DNA from: Vicugna vicugna
Lineage: Eukaryota
Assembly (NCBI GenBank): GCA_013265495.1
Contig: MU058824.1
Span: 1,887,111-1,951,110, forward strand
Direction: 5' to 3'
DNA length: 64,000 nucleotides
Numbering within the stretch: position 1 is the stretch's first letter; each line of letters begins with the position of its first letter. The translations under genes and the position numbers were made by a program. This document shows, piece by piece, positions 13,701-25,700 of this stretch. A model generated the notes under the pieces. It was not told the DNA's origin, ran no database searches, and saw nothing but the letters and a program-made list of their open reading frames with translations.

Positions 13701-16700
13701 GGTAGGGACCCCTCCCTCCAGGCCCTGGGCCTCGGGGAGGGCATTGCTCTCGACCCTAAGGGTTTTCTAGATAGAGCAGGGCTAGCCCTTAATGCTAGAA
13801 TATTCATAGTTGAAATAGATGTTGATGGAGATGTTGCTAGACTCTTCCTCACTTTTTTAACCAGAAGGCCCAAGGCAAATTGATCACTTCATGATATCCT
13901 TGGCTGGAAGTGAAAGAATCTCTAAGTAATCAAATTAGAGATGAAAGACCCCAAGGTGGAGCCAGAACTCCCAAGTGCTCTGGGGCCTGGCCCAGTCAGC
14001 TTCCTTTAGTGCCCCAGCAATGCTCTCGGGAGCCCAAGGTGCCAGGCGGCCCTCCTCGGCAGTCCTGCACACAAGTCGTGACCTTGGCTGGCTGTGACTT
14101 GCTTCTGATAGTCATCGCCTCTCCTGCTTACAGGTTGTTTCCTGTGTGGCAGGCGCTGCCCTAAGTGCTTTACTTGCATCACTTCATTGAACCCCCGCAC
14201 CAGCCCTGCGAGGCAGCTGCTCATGTGCCCCGCACTTGACAGAGGAGAACTCTGAGGCTGAGATGGGTGAAGTAACTTGCCCAGGGCGGTGTGCTGAGCA
14301 GGTCAGGGGACGGGGGTTGGGCTGTAGCTCACATCTCTCACTAGCCTGTCTGCTCTGCTGCCTGCTAGCTTCTTTGGAGCTTCTAGCCACCACCGACATC
14401 CCTGCCTCACCCTCGTCCAGGCTGCAGTTCTCACCTGGGAAAGGCCGCCCTATCCTGCAGGGACCAGTCGCAGCAAAGCAGGCAGGAACTTTATTTTAGG
14501 TGTGATGTCGGCCACAGGCTGCAGCCTCCTCTCTGGAGGGTGGTGACAGGAACTGCCAGACCCCCGGAGGCCTGAGGCTGGGGATAGGTGCGCAGAGCCC
14601 CCACCGTCTCCACAGGCAGCCATATAGCCAGAGTCAGCCCAGCCCCCAGCCCTGGCACTCAGAGCCACACGTGTATACATCGTGTTATAGTGGAATTCCC
14701 GTGCTGCTGAATCAAAGAACTGCTGTTGAAGGAGTGAAGGGGGAAAGAAAAAGAAATCCAGGAGCTCTTGAGAGAACAGTGGGCCATGTGGTACAGTGGC
14801 CACTCCACAAACTCTGAGGTCGGGCAGCCTGTGTTTGAATCCTGGCTCTGCCTCTTCCTAGCTCTGTGATCTTGGCCAAGTTATCTTACCTTTATATAGC
14901 CTGGCCTATCCAGTCCTACTCACAGAGCTGTTACAAGGGGAGGTGACATGAAACCCAGACTCCTTCCCTTTCTTTCAGCATGAAAAACCACATGACCAGT
15001 CTACGAACCTTCTCCCTTATTTAGTCGAAAATCAAAGATTCTTTAGAGTTCAAAATGAAAAAAAGACTTTCAAGTGCAGATGCGGCTAGGCTGTTAGAAA
15101 GCTCTCAGTCCCTCACATAGCTGTGAAAGTCGCTTCCATCAGCTTGCTCTCCTGCCCTACTCTGCCCTGCTAAGTTGTCTTCTTTCTTCGTCAGTCCTGC
15201 TGGAATCCACTGTTGAAGACCCAGTAGAACAGCGTGGGGGTCAGAGAGGTAGACTCACTGGTGCCTCCAGACTGCCTCAGAATTGACTGGAAGCACGGAT
15301 GCACCTAGGACACTGAGTGTGCCCCTGAGTTTGCATTTTCAGGAGTTTAATTTATCAGTGAGCCCAGATATGAAGAAACTCTGGGTACGGTTCACATCAA
15401 CCATGCTTAACATTTACAGCTGATCCTTGGAGGTTGTTAGCGATCAGTCCTTCAGCTGACACCTCAGGTGTTTTGTGCTAGAAAGAGTTGCATGTGCTAG
15501 AGTGAGTCCCTTATTTTTTAGCCTTTAGGTGTCTGAGCTAGAAAAAAAAATAGAAGACTCATCAAAATTCCATTGTCTTTATGTTTGGAACAGAGCGTGT
15601 TCACATTGCCTGTTTGCCCTTGTGGTTGAGGGCACCTCTCTTTAGGGAAATGCCTCCTCATTGTTGAAACTGTCAGTGTGAGAATCATTGACCTCTTGAA
15701 TATCAGAGCCAGAAAGACTCAGAGATCTAGCCTGCCTCTCATCTGCTGGCAGCGTCGGCCGAGCCTTGGAGAGGGGAAAGGACTGGGCCAGGGTCGCACA
15801 GCACAAGCAGCAGGATTGCAGCTAGACCCCGGGTCTCCCCACATCCAATCCACCGCCTTCCCCACTAGCACAAGGGCTAGTCCATGCAGCATTTCCCGAA
15901 GAGGGTTCCCGGGCCCCTGGGCCCTGTGAAGGCAGGCAGGCAGACTCCCGTCTTCCCTGTCCCCTCTCTGCAGTTGTGTTTTGCTCTTTGGCTTCACTGG
16001 TGACAGTCAAGTAGCTTTTCTCTTCTCTGAGATCTCTCCTTTTCCTTCCTGCAGTTCTGAGCCAAGAAGAACACTCAAGGTAGGGCAAGGAGCCGAATGG
16101 GAAGGGGCACCCAGATGCCACCCCCACCAGGCCCACGGCTGCTCCCCGGGGTGCTCGCACCTGCCCTCCCTGTCTGGGCTGGAAGCAGGGTGCCCTCTAC
16201 AACATGCCCAAAGCCTTGGAGAGCCAGTGTGCACCTTCTAGGCCTGGGGCACAGGAAGAGGGCTGCTGTCAGGAGGCAGAGCTGAGCGGTGCAGAACAGT
16301 CTCAGACCAGCCCGCAGTCGTTTTCAAGTCCCAGCATGGACTGAGCACGCCTGGGTTTGGATCCTGCCTCTCTCCCCGTACCAGCTGCGTGACTGAGGAG
16401 AATGTACCTTTTCTGAACCTGTTTCCTCACCTGTGAAGAGGGAGTGCTGGTACTTGAGCACTTCCCCCACAGCACTGTGGTCAAGGTTAAATTACACACA
16501 ACAATGTGTGTGGGGGAAGGGGCCTGGCGCTTAGTGTAGAAACTCAGGCAGCTGGTAGCGCTTTGCCTCCCTCACCTGGAGGCTTGTTGCATTTCCCAGG
16601 CATTTGGAAGAACTCACGGTAGCAGCAGTGGGAAACCTTTCAGCAGGTGTGGGAGGAGCACAGTGGGAAGAGTGGATCCGAGATGTGAGAGTCAGGAGGG

Positions 16701-19700
16701 AGATGACACTCTCACTGCGCGCGCCCCACACCATCCACGGTTCTCCACCTTGTGCACAGATGAGCTAACTAGGAATCCTTCCAACAACCCCTGAGGTGGT
16801 ACTGTTATCATCCTTGTTCTCTGGGTGAGGGGATAAGGCACAGAAAGGGTGAGTGACTTGTGCCGGGGCTCAGTGGGAAGGGCAGCTTTACATCCAGGCA
16901 GTGGGCAGGTGTGTCTGTGGTGCGATGTTGCTATGCTGCCAGGTAGGCGAGGTCAGACAAGCATGCTTGCCTTCAGCCAGAACACTACCAAAGACAACCC
17001 TTGAAGAGGGGACTAGACTTTGTCATCCAGGTAGATTCCAGCAGGGAGGGAGTTGGAAAGTGGGCAGGGGGTGCAGTGTTTAGGACTTGGCTTTAGAATC
17101 AGACAGACCTGGGCTCAGTCTCACTCTGCTTTGTGACCTTGGGCAACTTACTTATCATTTCAGGGCCTCTGAGATCTCACCTGTGTTATTCTCTGGGCTG
17201 CTGGGAGGATTAATGAGATAATGTGCTCAGTATAGGGGTGGAGGGTGGGGGTGAAGGTGCGGGGAGCCCGCACAGCTTCTTTGTTCTTAAGTTTTCTGAA
17301 TCTCCAGACACCAAAATGTAAGACTGTCGTGGGAGTGGGGAGCGGTCCTAGAAAATCCTGGTGCTTACAGGAGGTGGGTCCTCATGCTGCAAGCGTGGGG
17401 ATTTGCAGCATCCTCACTGCCCCTTCCACATAAGGATATGAAATGAGGGTCGTGGAGGGGAAACAGGCAGGCACTTTTTCAGAAGAGCAGCTGGCATTCC
17501 CCAGCAGCATTTCTGACAAAAGGAGCCTGGAGTTTGATCCAGGGCAGGGTAATGGCTGGAGAGTAGGATGAAGTCCAGGCTGGGGATATAGAACAGCCTG
17601 GGTCCCAGCTGGGAGGAGAGAGCAGAGAGCAAGCTCAGCCTGAGGACAGCCTTGCAGCCTAGGCACAGGGAGGGAGATGAAAGCAGAGGCAGCCAGGGTG
17701 GGGGACACCATGGAAGCCCCAGCAGAGGGGTGAGAGACCACGTGATGAAGTCAGCCTGGGGCATTTTTTCCAGCTAATGAGTCCTGGGAGCATGTGGTCT
17801 TCCCATTGTGTCAGCCATCTAGGCAGAATGCAGCAGACCTGGACATGAATTGGAGCTTCCAGGCTGGAAGGGATCTTAGCCAGAATGAAGAGGATCAGAA
17901 TGACCTGTGAGCCATGCACAAGTGACCCATCCCTGATAATGAAGTGCCACAGGCTAGGTGTGCTTTTTTTAATTTCCGATAAATCAGGGCCTATCCAAAG
18001 TCATACCTGCGAGAGTCCCTCATACTCGCCCAGTACATTTTCTTGGGTGGAACAGAAAGGGGTTGAGTTTCAGCTACTAGATGCCCTGGAATTGCTAGGT
18101 ATTGTTGTGAGCACGCGTTGTCCGTTGCTTCTGCAGTGTTCATCTAAGCAGATTGAGATCCATGGTTATGGCTGCTTTTTTCTGAGGCTCAGCCTCCTGC
18201 TTGAACCTCCCCAGGGCTTGGCCAACTTCTCTCTGCACGTCCCAGCGGCGTGATCTTACTCCCTCCACTGGACAGCTTTCGAAAGGAAAGCTCTAGGCTC
18301 AGAGATAAGCATGCCAGCATTATTCATAATAGAGACAAACCAAGAACAAGCCAGGGCTCAAATGAAAAACAACAGGAGAAAGATTACATCTAAGTTATGA
18401 TAAGTTCACCTACTAGAGTAGTCATCAGACATTAAAAATGATCATTGGGAAGCTTCTGTAACAACATACAGAAGTATTTATAAAGTGACACTAAGTAAAA
18501 AATTTTCACCCAGTATTGTTCTCTATGATCACAAATATATGACAAAATATATTTATTTAAAAACAAACACTAATTGAATGCTGTGTTTGGTCCTTGCACT
18601 CAGTGTACACGTTACCTTACTTAGTCTCCAGCTGCAGAGTAGAGTAGTATTGGTATTTTTCCCCTTTTACAAATGAGGAAACAGAGGGTCATAGTGGTTC
18701 AGTGAAGCTTCCCAGTCAGGAATTCAGAGCCAGGATTTGAACTGCACTCTTAACATTCTCTCCACCATATCATGATGGGATCAAGATTAGAGAAGGGGGT
18801 TATCAGTAACTTTTTTCTCTCTCAGATTTCCTTTTCCATTACTATTATTAGAAATTTCTAAAGGAAGTAAGTTTTGGCAGCTCATTTGAGAGTGAGGACC
18901 AACTCAATAAACGCTTTGCTCTCTTTTCCAGGATGACATGGAAGCATACCGGACCCAGAATCGCTTTCTCAACTCCGAGATCCACCAGGTCACAAAGATT
19001 TGGAGAAAGGTGGCTGAGAAGGAGAGGGCCCTCCTGATGAAGGTGAGGGGCGGGAGCCCTGTCCTGGCTCTATTCCCAGCCGCCCTTCCTGTCCTCTCAC
19101 CGTCTCACCACTCTTTCACTCTCCTCATTATTACTTCTCTCCCTCTGGACTGTGCCTTTGATGATTGGCCTTCCAAATCCCAGGGATCTGCGCTCTGCTG
19201 ACTGCTGCTTCTGATCATGGAGGAGCAGAGGAAGAGGCAGGCAGCCACTGTTCCACCTCCCCACATTGCTCCCCATACAGGCCTGTCCTGAATCCTCTTT
19301 TAGCTGAGGTTTCTTTAATCAATTCCACTCCCAATTATTAGATTTCGGATGTCCAGTTTTCAACAAAATATCAGAAAGCATTCAAAGAAACAGGAAGATA
19401 TGGCCCATTTGGAAGTAAAAATAAATCGACAGAAAGTGTCCCAGCAAAAGACCTGATGGCAAATCTACCAGACAAAGACTTTAAAACAATTGTCTTAAAG
19501 GTGCTCAGAGAACTAAAGGAAGATGTGGAGAGCCAAGAAAGCAGTGTGTGAACAAAATAAAAATATCAAGAAAGAGAGAACCTAGAAAGAAACCAAAAGA
19601 GATTCTGGAGCTAAAAAGTATAGTAACTGAAATGAAAAATTCACTTAGAGAGATTTACAGGCAGATTTGAGCAGGCAGAAAGAATCAGTGAATGTGAAGA

Positions 19701-22700
19701 TAGGACAGTGGGAATTACTGAGTCAGAAAGAGAAAAGACTGAAGAAAAGTGAACAGAGCCCGGGTGACCTGTGAGACACCATGAGGCAGAACAACATATC
19801 TATCATATTATGGGAGTCCCAGAAGGAGAAGAGCAAGTGAAAGGGGCAGAGAGAATATTTGAAGAAATAATAGTTGAAAACTTTCCAAATTTTATGAAAA
19901 AACATGAATATAATTGGCCCTCCATATCCACTGTTTGTGACAGTGGATTGAAAATATTCTCAAAAAAAATTCCAGAAATTTCCAAAAAGCAAAACTGAAT
20001 TTGTTGCATGCTGGCAACTATTTACATAGCATTTACATTGTATTTGGTATTATAAGTAATCTAGAGATGATTTAAAGTATCCAGGGGGATGTGTGTAGGT
20101 TATATGCAAATAACACACCATTTTATACATGACTTGGGCACCCACAGATTTTGTTATCCAAGAGGAGTCCTGGGACCAATCCCTTGCAAATACCAAGGGA
20201 TGACCCTAGAAACATCCAAGAAGCTCAACAGACTTCAAGTAAGATAAACTCAAAGAGACCCACCCCAAGACACATTATATCGAGACTTTCCAAGGGCAAA
20301 AGACAAAGAGATACCTTGAAAGCAGAGAGAAGTGACTCATCACACACAAAGGGACCCTCAGCAAGATGACGAGCAGATGTCTCATCAAAAAGTCTGATGG
20401 CCAAAAGGCAGTAGGCTGAGAGAGTCAAAGCACTAAAGGAAAAAAACCTGTCAACCAAGAATCCATGCCTGGCAAAGCTTTCCTTCAGAAGTGAGGGAGA
20501 AATTAAGGCATTTTCAGATAAATAAAATCTGAAGGGGTTTGTTGCCCCTAGACCTGCTGTTTAAGAAATGCTCAGGGGGAGTCCTGTGGGGTGAAATGAA
20601 AGGACAGTAACTCAAAGCTGTATAAAGAAACAGATCTCAATGAAGGGAAACACATGGGTGACTATAAAAGCTAGTATTATTGTAACCATGACAGCAAAAT
20701 GACAGAAATAAGTTCCCCCTTGTCAGTAATTACTTTAAATGTAAATAGATTATGGGTGGGGAGTATAACTCAGTTGGAGGGCCCATTCTGGCATTCATGA
20801 GGTCCTGGGTTCAATCCCTAGTGCCTCTGTTAGGGGGGAAAAATGTAAATAGATTAAAGTCACCAGTCAAAAAACAGAGATTGGGAAAAATGGATAAAAA
20901 TGCATAATCCAACTATATACTGTCTACCAGAAGTTGATTTTAGATCCAAAGACCGAAATAGATTGAATGTGTAAGGAAAGACAAGGATATTCTATGCAAA
21001 TGGTAACCAAAAGAAAGCAGGGTAGCTGTACTAATATTAGACAAAAAAGACTTCAAATTTTTTAAAAAGTGATAAGAGACAAAGACGTTATATTTTAATA
21101 AAAGGGTGAGGAGTATGGAGTGTACTCTGAGGAAACTGCGAGTTGTTAAAGGATTTTGAGTGGGAGGGCCTCAGTTAGATGAGTGTTTTGAGGAGACTGC
21201 TGTGGGTGCTCGGTGGAGGGTGGACTTGAGGAGGTGGGCCTGGAAGTAGGGAGACTTGGGAGTCTGCAGCAGAAATCCCATAGAAGCGAACTGGTGGGGG
21301 CCTCAGGAAGTGGCTCTGGCTTTAGAGGGAAGCAGGGGTGGGAGCCAGGTGGGACAGGTAGGAGACAGGCTCACAGGATGGCTCAGGGTTAGTGATGGTG
21401 ACTGGGCAGGGGTGCCACAGGATGGCAGCCTTGGCCTAGAGACTCCCACTCTGCCACACCAGGATGAGACAGGAGCCAGCTGGCCCCAAGGTCATGGTAA
21501 TGCTACGAGACAGATTTTTACTGTCCCTATCTTACAAAGACAGAAAACAGGGCCCGGAGAGGTTACCTGACTTCCCCAGCACCACCCAGCTTGTGTAAAT
21601 AGAAACACAAAAGTTCAAGGCAGGAGGAGGGGGTAGGCAGATGGGGAGAATGCAGTGTGTGTCCCACGAGGTAGAGAGAGGTGGTGTGTTGGAGGAATGG
21701 AAAGAGCCCACATGATGGCAGCAGAAGGTACGAGAGCAGTGTCCAGAGCTCCATGTCCATCCCCTGGGCACTGCTTATACCGTTATACCACCTACAGAGA
21801 GCTTGCTCTGGGCCAAGTTCCCTGGAAGAGCTTTACACACATTGGCTCATCTGAGTCTCACAAGAAGTCTAAGGCATACTCTGTATTTTCCCCATTGTTC
21901 AGATGAAGAAATTAAGGCACAGAGAGGTTAAGTAACTTGCCGTAGGTTACCCAGCCTGCAGTGGCTGAACCAGAATGGGACTGCAGGCCATGCAAGAGCC
22001 TGTGCTGCTCCTGCCCACCTCTCCCTGCTTTTTCTGAATCCAGCTTCAGCCTTGGGACGGGTTCTCTCCTGCCTGGAACCTTTCTGCCTTGATGTAAATC
22101 CTTGGGTTCGGGGCTCATCTCCCTTCCCTTACATGAATGGCCGGGGTGGGGATGGATGGGGGTCCAGCTGGAAGATGGGCTGGACTGCCTGAAGCTGTTC
22201 AGGCCTAGGGCCTCTGGCCCAAGCCCAACCAGATGGCCTGACCAGCCCCATCCCTCCCTCCCACAGTGTGCCTACCTCCAAGCCAAGAACTGCCAGGTGG
22301 AAAGCAAGTACCTGGCGGGGCTGCGGAGGCTGCAGGAGGCCATAGGGGGCGAGGCCAGTGAGTGCTCAGAGCTGCTGAGACAGCTCATCCAGGAGGCACT
22401 GCAGTGGGAAGCCGGCGACTCCTCTGCCGACAGCGTCGTGCTGAGCCCCATCAGGTAAGCCCAGAGCAGGGCTGGGTCTGCAGGACCTGGGGTCCCTGCT
22501 GCCAGTTGCTGCTGACCTTGTGTCACATCCCTGACCTCCTTGGGCCTTCAGACAAATGAGCATGTGGCTGGAATGAGCCCTGTTTCACAGCTGAGGCGGT
22601 GCAGGCTCAGCGGAGGCAGCCCCTTGCCCAAGGCCACACAGCACATTAGTGCATCTGACATGGGCCTGCCTCTAGAGTTCTGTTTTTCCCACCTCCCCAG

Positions 22701-25700
22701 GCTGCCCCCTAGAGGTGTTTGTCAGAGCCAAGCTTGCTGAGGACAGTGGACTTGGACAGTTAAATATAATGGAGGGGCTGTGGCTGGGGTTAAAGGCCCC
22801 TAAAGGTTGGGTGGTCCAGTGGCCAGAGCCCAGGCTTTGGAGCCACATCTGGCTTTGCCACTTTGGGACCCTGGACAAATCACTTTACCTTTGAGCCTCA
22901 TATTCAGCGTCCGTTAGACAGGGGCTCAGATCCCTGCTTTGCAGGATCATGAGCATTAAATGAGATAGCACATACAGAGCACGTGCTAGAGGCAAATAAA
23001 CATTGACTAAATGAAAGGCCATCTGGGTCGGGTCCCCAGCTTTCCTATTTCTGCTTGTTATTGGTTCTCTGTATTCCCCGTCTGCCCTTGGGCCTCCTGG
23101 CCATGGAAGTGGGTTTCTGGAATGGCAGCACCGGACACCTTGCGCCTAAGGCTGCATGGAGTAATAAGAGGGTGCTATATATTTGCACAGCATGAATGAG
23201 TAAATATCTTTTCAGCATTTACCATGTGCCAGGCAGTGTCCAGCCCCTAGCAGTTTACGTCAGAGGATCTCACTGGATCTTCATGAGGCCGAGCAGGAGT
23301 TCCTATGCCCATTGTACAGAGCAGACTGAGGTTCGGAGCAGGAAGTGACCTGCCCAGAGTTACAAGGCCAACCTGCAGTGAAGCCAGGCAGGATCCCTGC
23401 CTAGGGTCCACCCTCTCCCCACCGCCCCTTATCTGGGGAAGGGCCTTGCAGGGTGCCACTGACACAGGATTTTGCTGGCAGCGAGTACGACGAGTACGGC
23501 TTCCTGACAGTGCCCAACTACGAGGTGGAAGACCTGAAGCTGCTGGCCAAGATCCAGGCGCTGGAAGTGCACTCCCACCACCTGCTGGCCCACGAGGCGG
23601 TGGAGCGGCCGCTGCGGGAGCGCTGGGCAGCCCTAGGGGAGCTGGCCCCCTCAGCTGAGCTCAAGCAGCTGCTGCGGGCGGGCGTGCCCCATGAGCACCG
23701 GCCGCACATCTGGAGGTGGCTGGTCCGCTTCCGCGTCCAGCACCTGCAGGCCCCCGGCCGCTACCAGGAGCTGCTGAGCCGGAGCCAGGCCTGCAAGCAC
23801 CCCGCCGCCCGGCAGATCGAGCTGGATCTGAACCGGACCTTCCCCAACAACAAGCATTTCACCTGTCCCACCTCCAGCTTCCCTGACAAGCTCCGCCGGG
23901 TACTGCTGGCCTTCTCCTGGCAGAACCCCACCATCGGCTACTGCCAGGGCCTGAACAGGTGAGCCACACAGCCCTACCTCCCAGGGCACCTCTCAGTCTC
24001 TTTGAACCCTCTCAAGAAGCTGGATGGGGCTTACGTACAGATGGGGACCAGCAGGTGAAAAGGACATGCTCAAGAAAGCACTGGCCCAGAGCCCCAGGCT
24101 CCCGGTCCCGTGCCCTCTCCTGCAGTCTGCGCTCAAGGTGGTACTGCTCTCTTAGAGAGCATGCGAGCGGGCCCCTGGGGTTAAGTCACGCACAGCCAGC
24201 TCACGTATTGCACCACTGCCTGGGTCAGGGATCATTGCTTTAAACAAAACCCACTCAGAGGAGCCCAAGGAAAAGAGAATTTGTAAATATTACAGCGGAA
24301 GCTCCCAAAAGCCAGGAAAAGGAAATAGAGCTAGGGACCAGATGGTATTGGAAGCCAGGCAACTCTTTTCTCTAGTGGGGCCACAGTACAGCACAGCCCC
24401 AGAGGGCGCCATTCATGCCATTTTCCAAGGGGGTGTTGTCCCCTGAGACAGTGTAGCTCTCTGTGGGCTACGCAGTCTCTGGCCTCTCACAATACATGGC
24501 TGCTTCCTCCTCTCTCAGCAGACCCGCCTCTCTGCCTGTCAGTCTTTGGACATTTAGGGTCCATCAGGGCTGTCAGGATGGAAACCTCAGTCCCTGAGTT
24601 GAGCCTCTCAGCAACCGGCTTGTTGATACCTTCATGCCCCAGGCCTAAATTCCCAAAGAAAGGAATCTGGTCCAGCCTGGATTAATTTCTATTTCAGGTC
24701 CAACAGCAGGAGACAAGGGATGGGGGATGGGGTGGGGTGGCGTGACTTGGTAGGGCTGCTCCCACCAGTACTATGGGGAACTCTCACGGCTGCCCCCAGT
24801 TATCTTGATAGAAGTGGCATAATCTTAAATATTTCCCAAAGCAAGTTTTGACTCAACTCAATTTAAACACACATAATACCAAGCAAAATTTACATAAGCT
24901 ATTCCGCTATTTTTCTTTTTTTTTCAAAGTAGGCAGTGTGTGACATTTATTTAACACAGAATAAATATTCAGAGTGTCCTTACACAAATTTGAATGATTC
25001 CCAAGGGTAGATATTTTTGATACTTTTTTTCAGCCTGAATTGGGTGGAATTGAGCATATACATGTACAATTACTGGGAATTCAGGGTTAAGCCCCAACAT
25101 TAATACCTTTCAGTCTAAGGCTCTTAGAAAACATGTTCACATTTCATGCTGCTCTAAATGCCTGCTATAGGGGATGTCTGTAGAAATTCATTCATTCATT
25201 CATGTATTCAGCAGCCAAGCAGAAGCCTGTGCACTTCTCATCTGTTTGAACATGTTAAAATCCAGAAGGGACAAAACTTTGAATCCTCTTTGGATTTGAA
25301 GGGAGCTGGAAGCTATAGGATTAGTATGAATAATAATTTTTACATTTCTCGCAAAGGTCAGGAAGGAACTAAGACTTAAAGAGGGCCTCTTGGATGCCAG
25401 GCACTTTACATACCAGACACCATCTAAGCCTCATAAAAACCCTGCCAGGTGGGCATCAGTACCCACATTGTCCAGGTGAGACAAGAGAGGGTCTGAGAAG
25501 CTAAGGAACCTGCCTGGGCCTCACCATGCAAGGGGGCTGGGCCAGCTGCTCACCCTGGTCTCCAGCTCCCAGACCTCATCCTTCCTACCACCTGTCCTCA
25601 CCCAGAATGGGAACTGTGGCAGAGAGTGTGCTGAGAGCTCCCAGAAACCTTTTTTCCTGATCAGATATAACCTTTTTTGAGAACAGGAATTCAGTTAGCC

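Larger units (their letters stand above)
19330..21105 (+). mobile_element. Degenerate L1 spanning ORF1 to the start of ORF2, interrupted by MER2 and a SINE
   Basis: ORF1 remnants [25 protein letters not shown] and [25 protein letters not shown]2 endonuclease start [10 protein letters not shown] near 20725. Confidence 0.88.
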
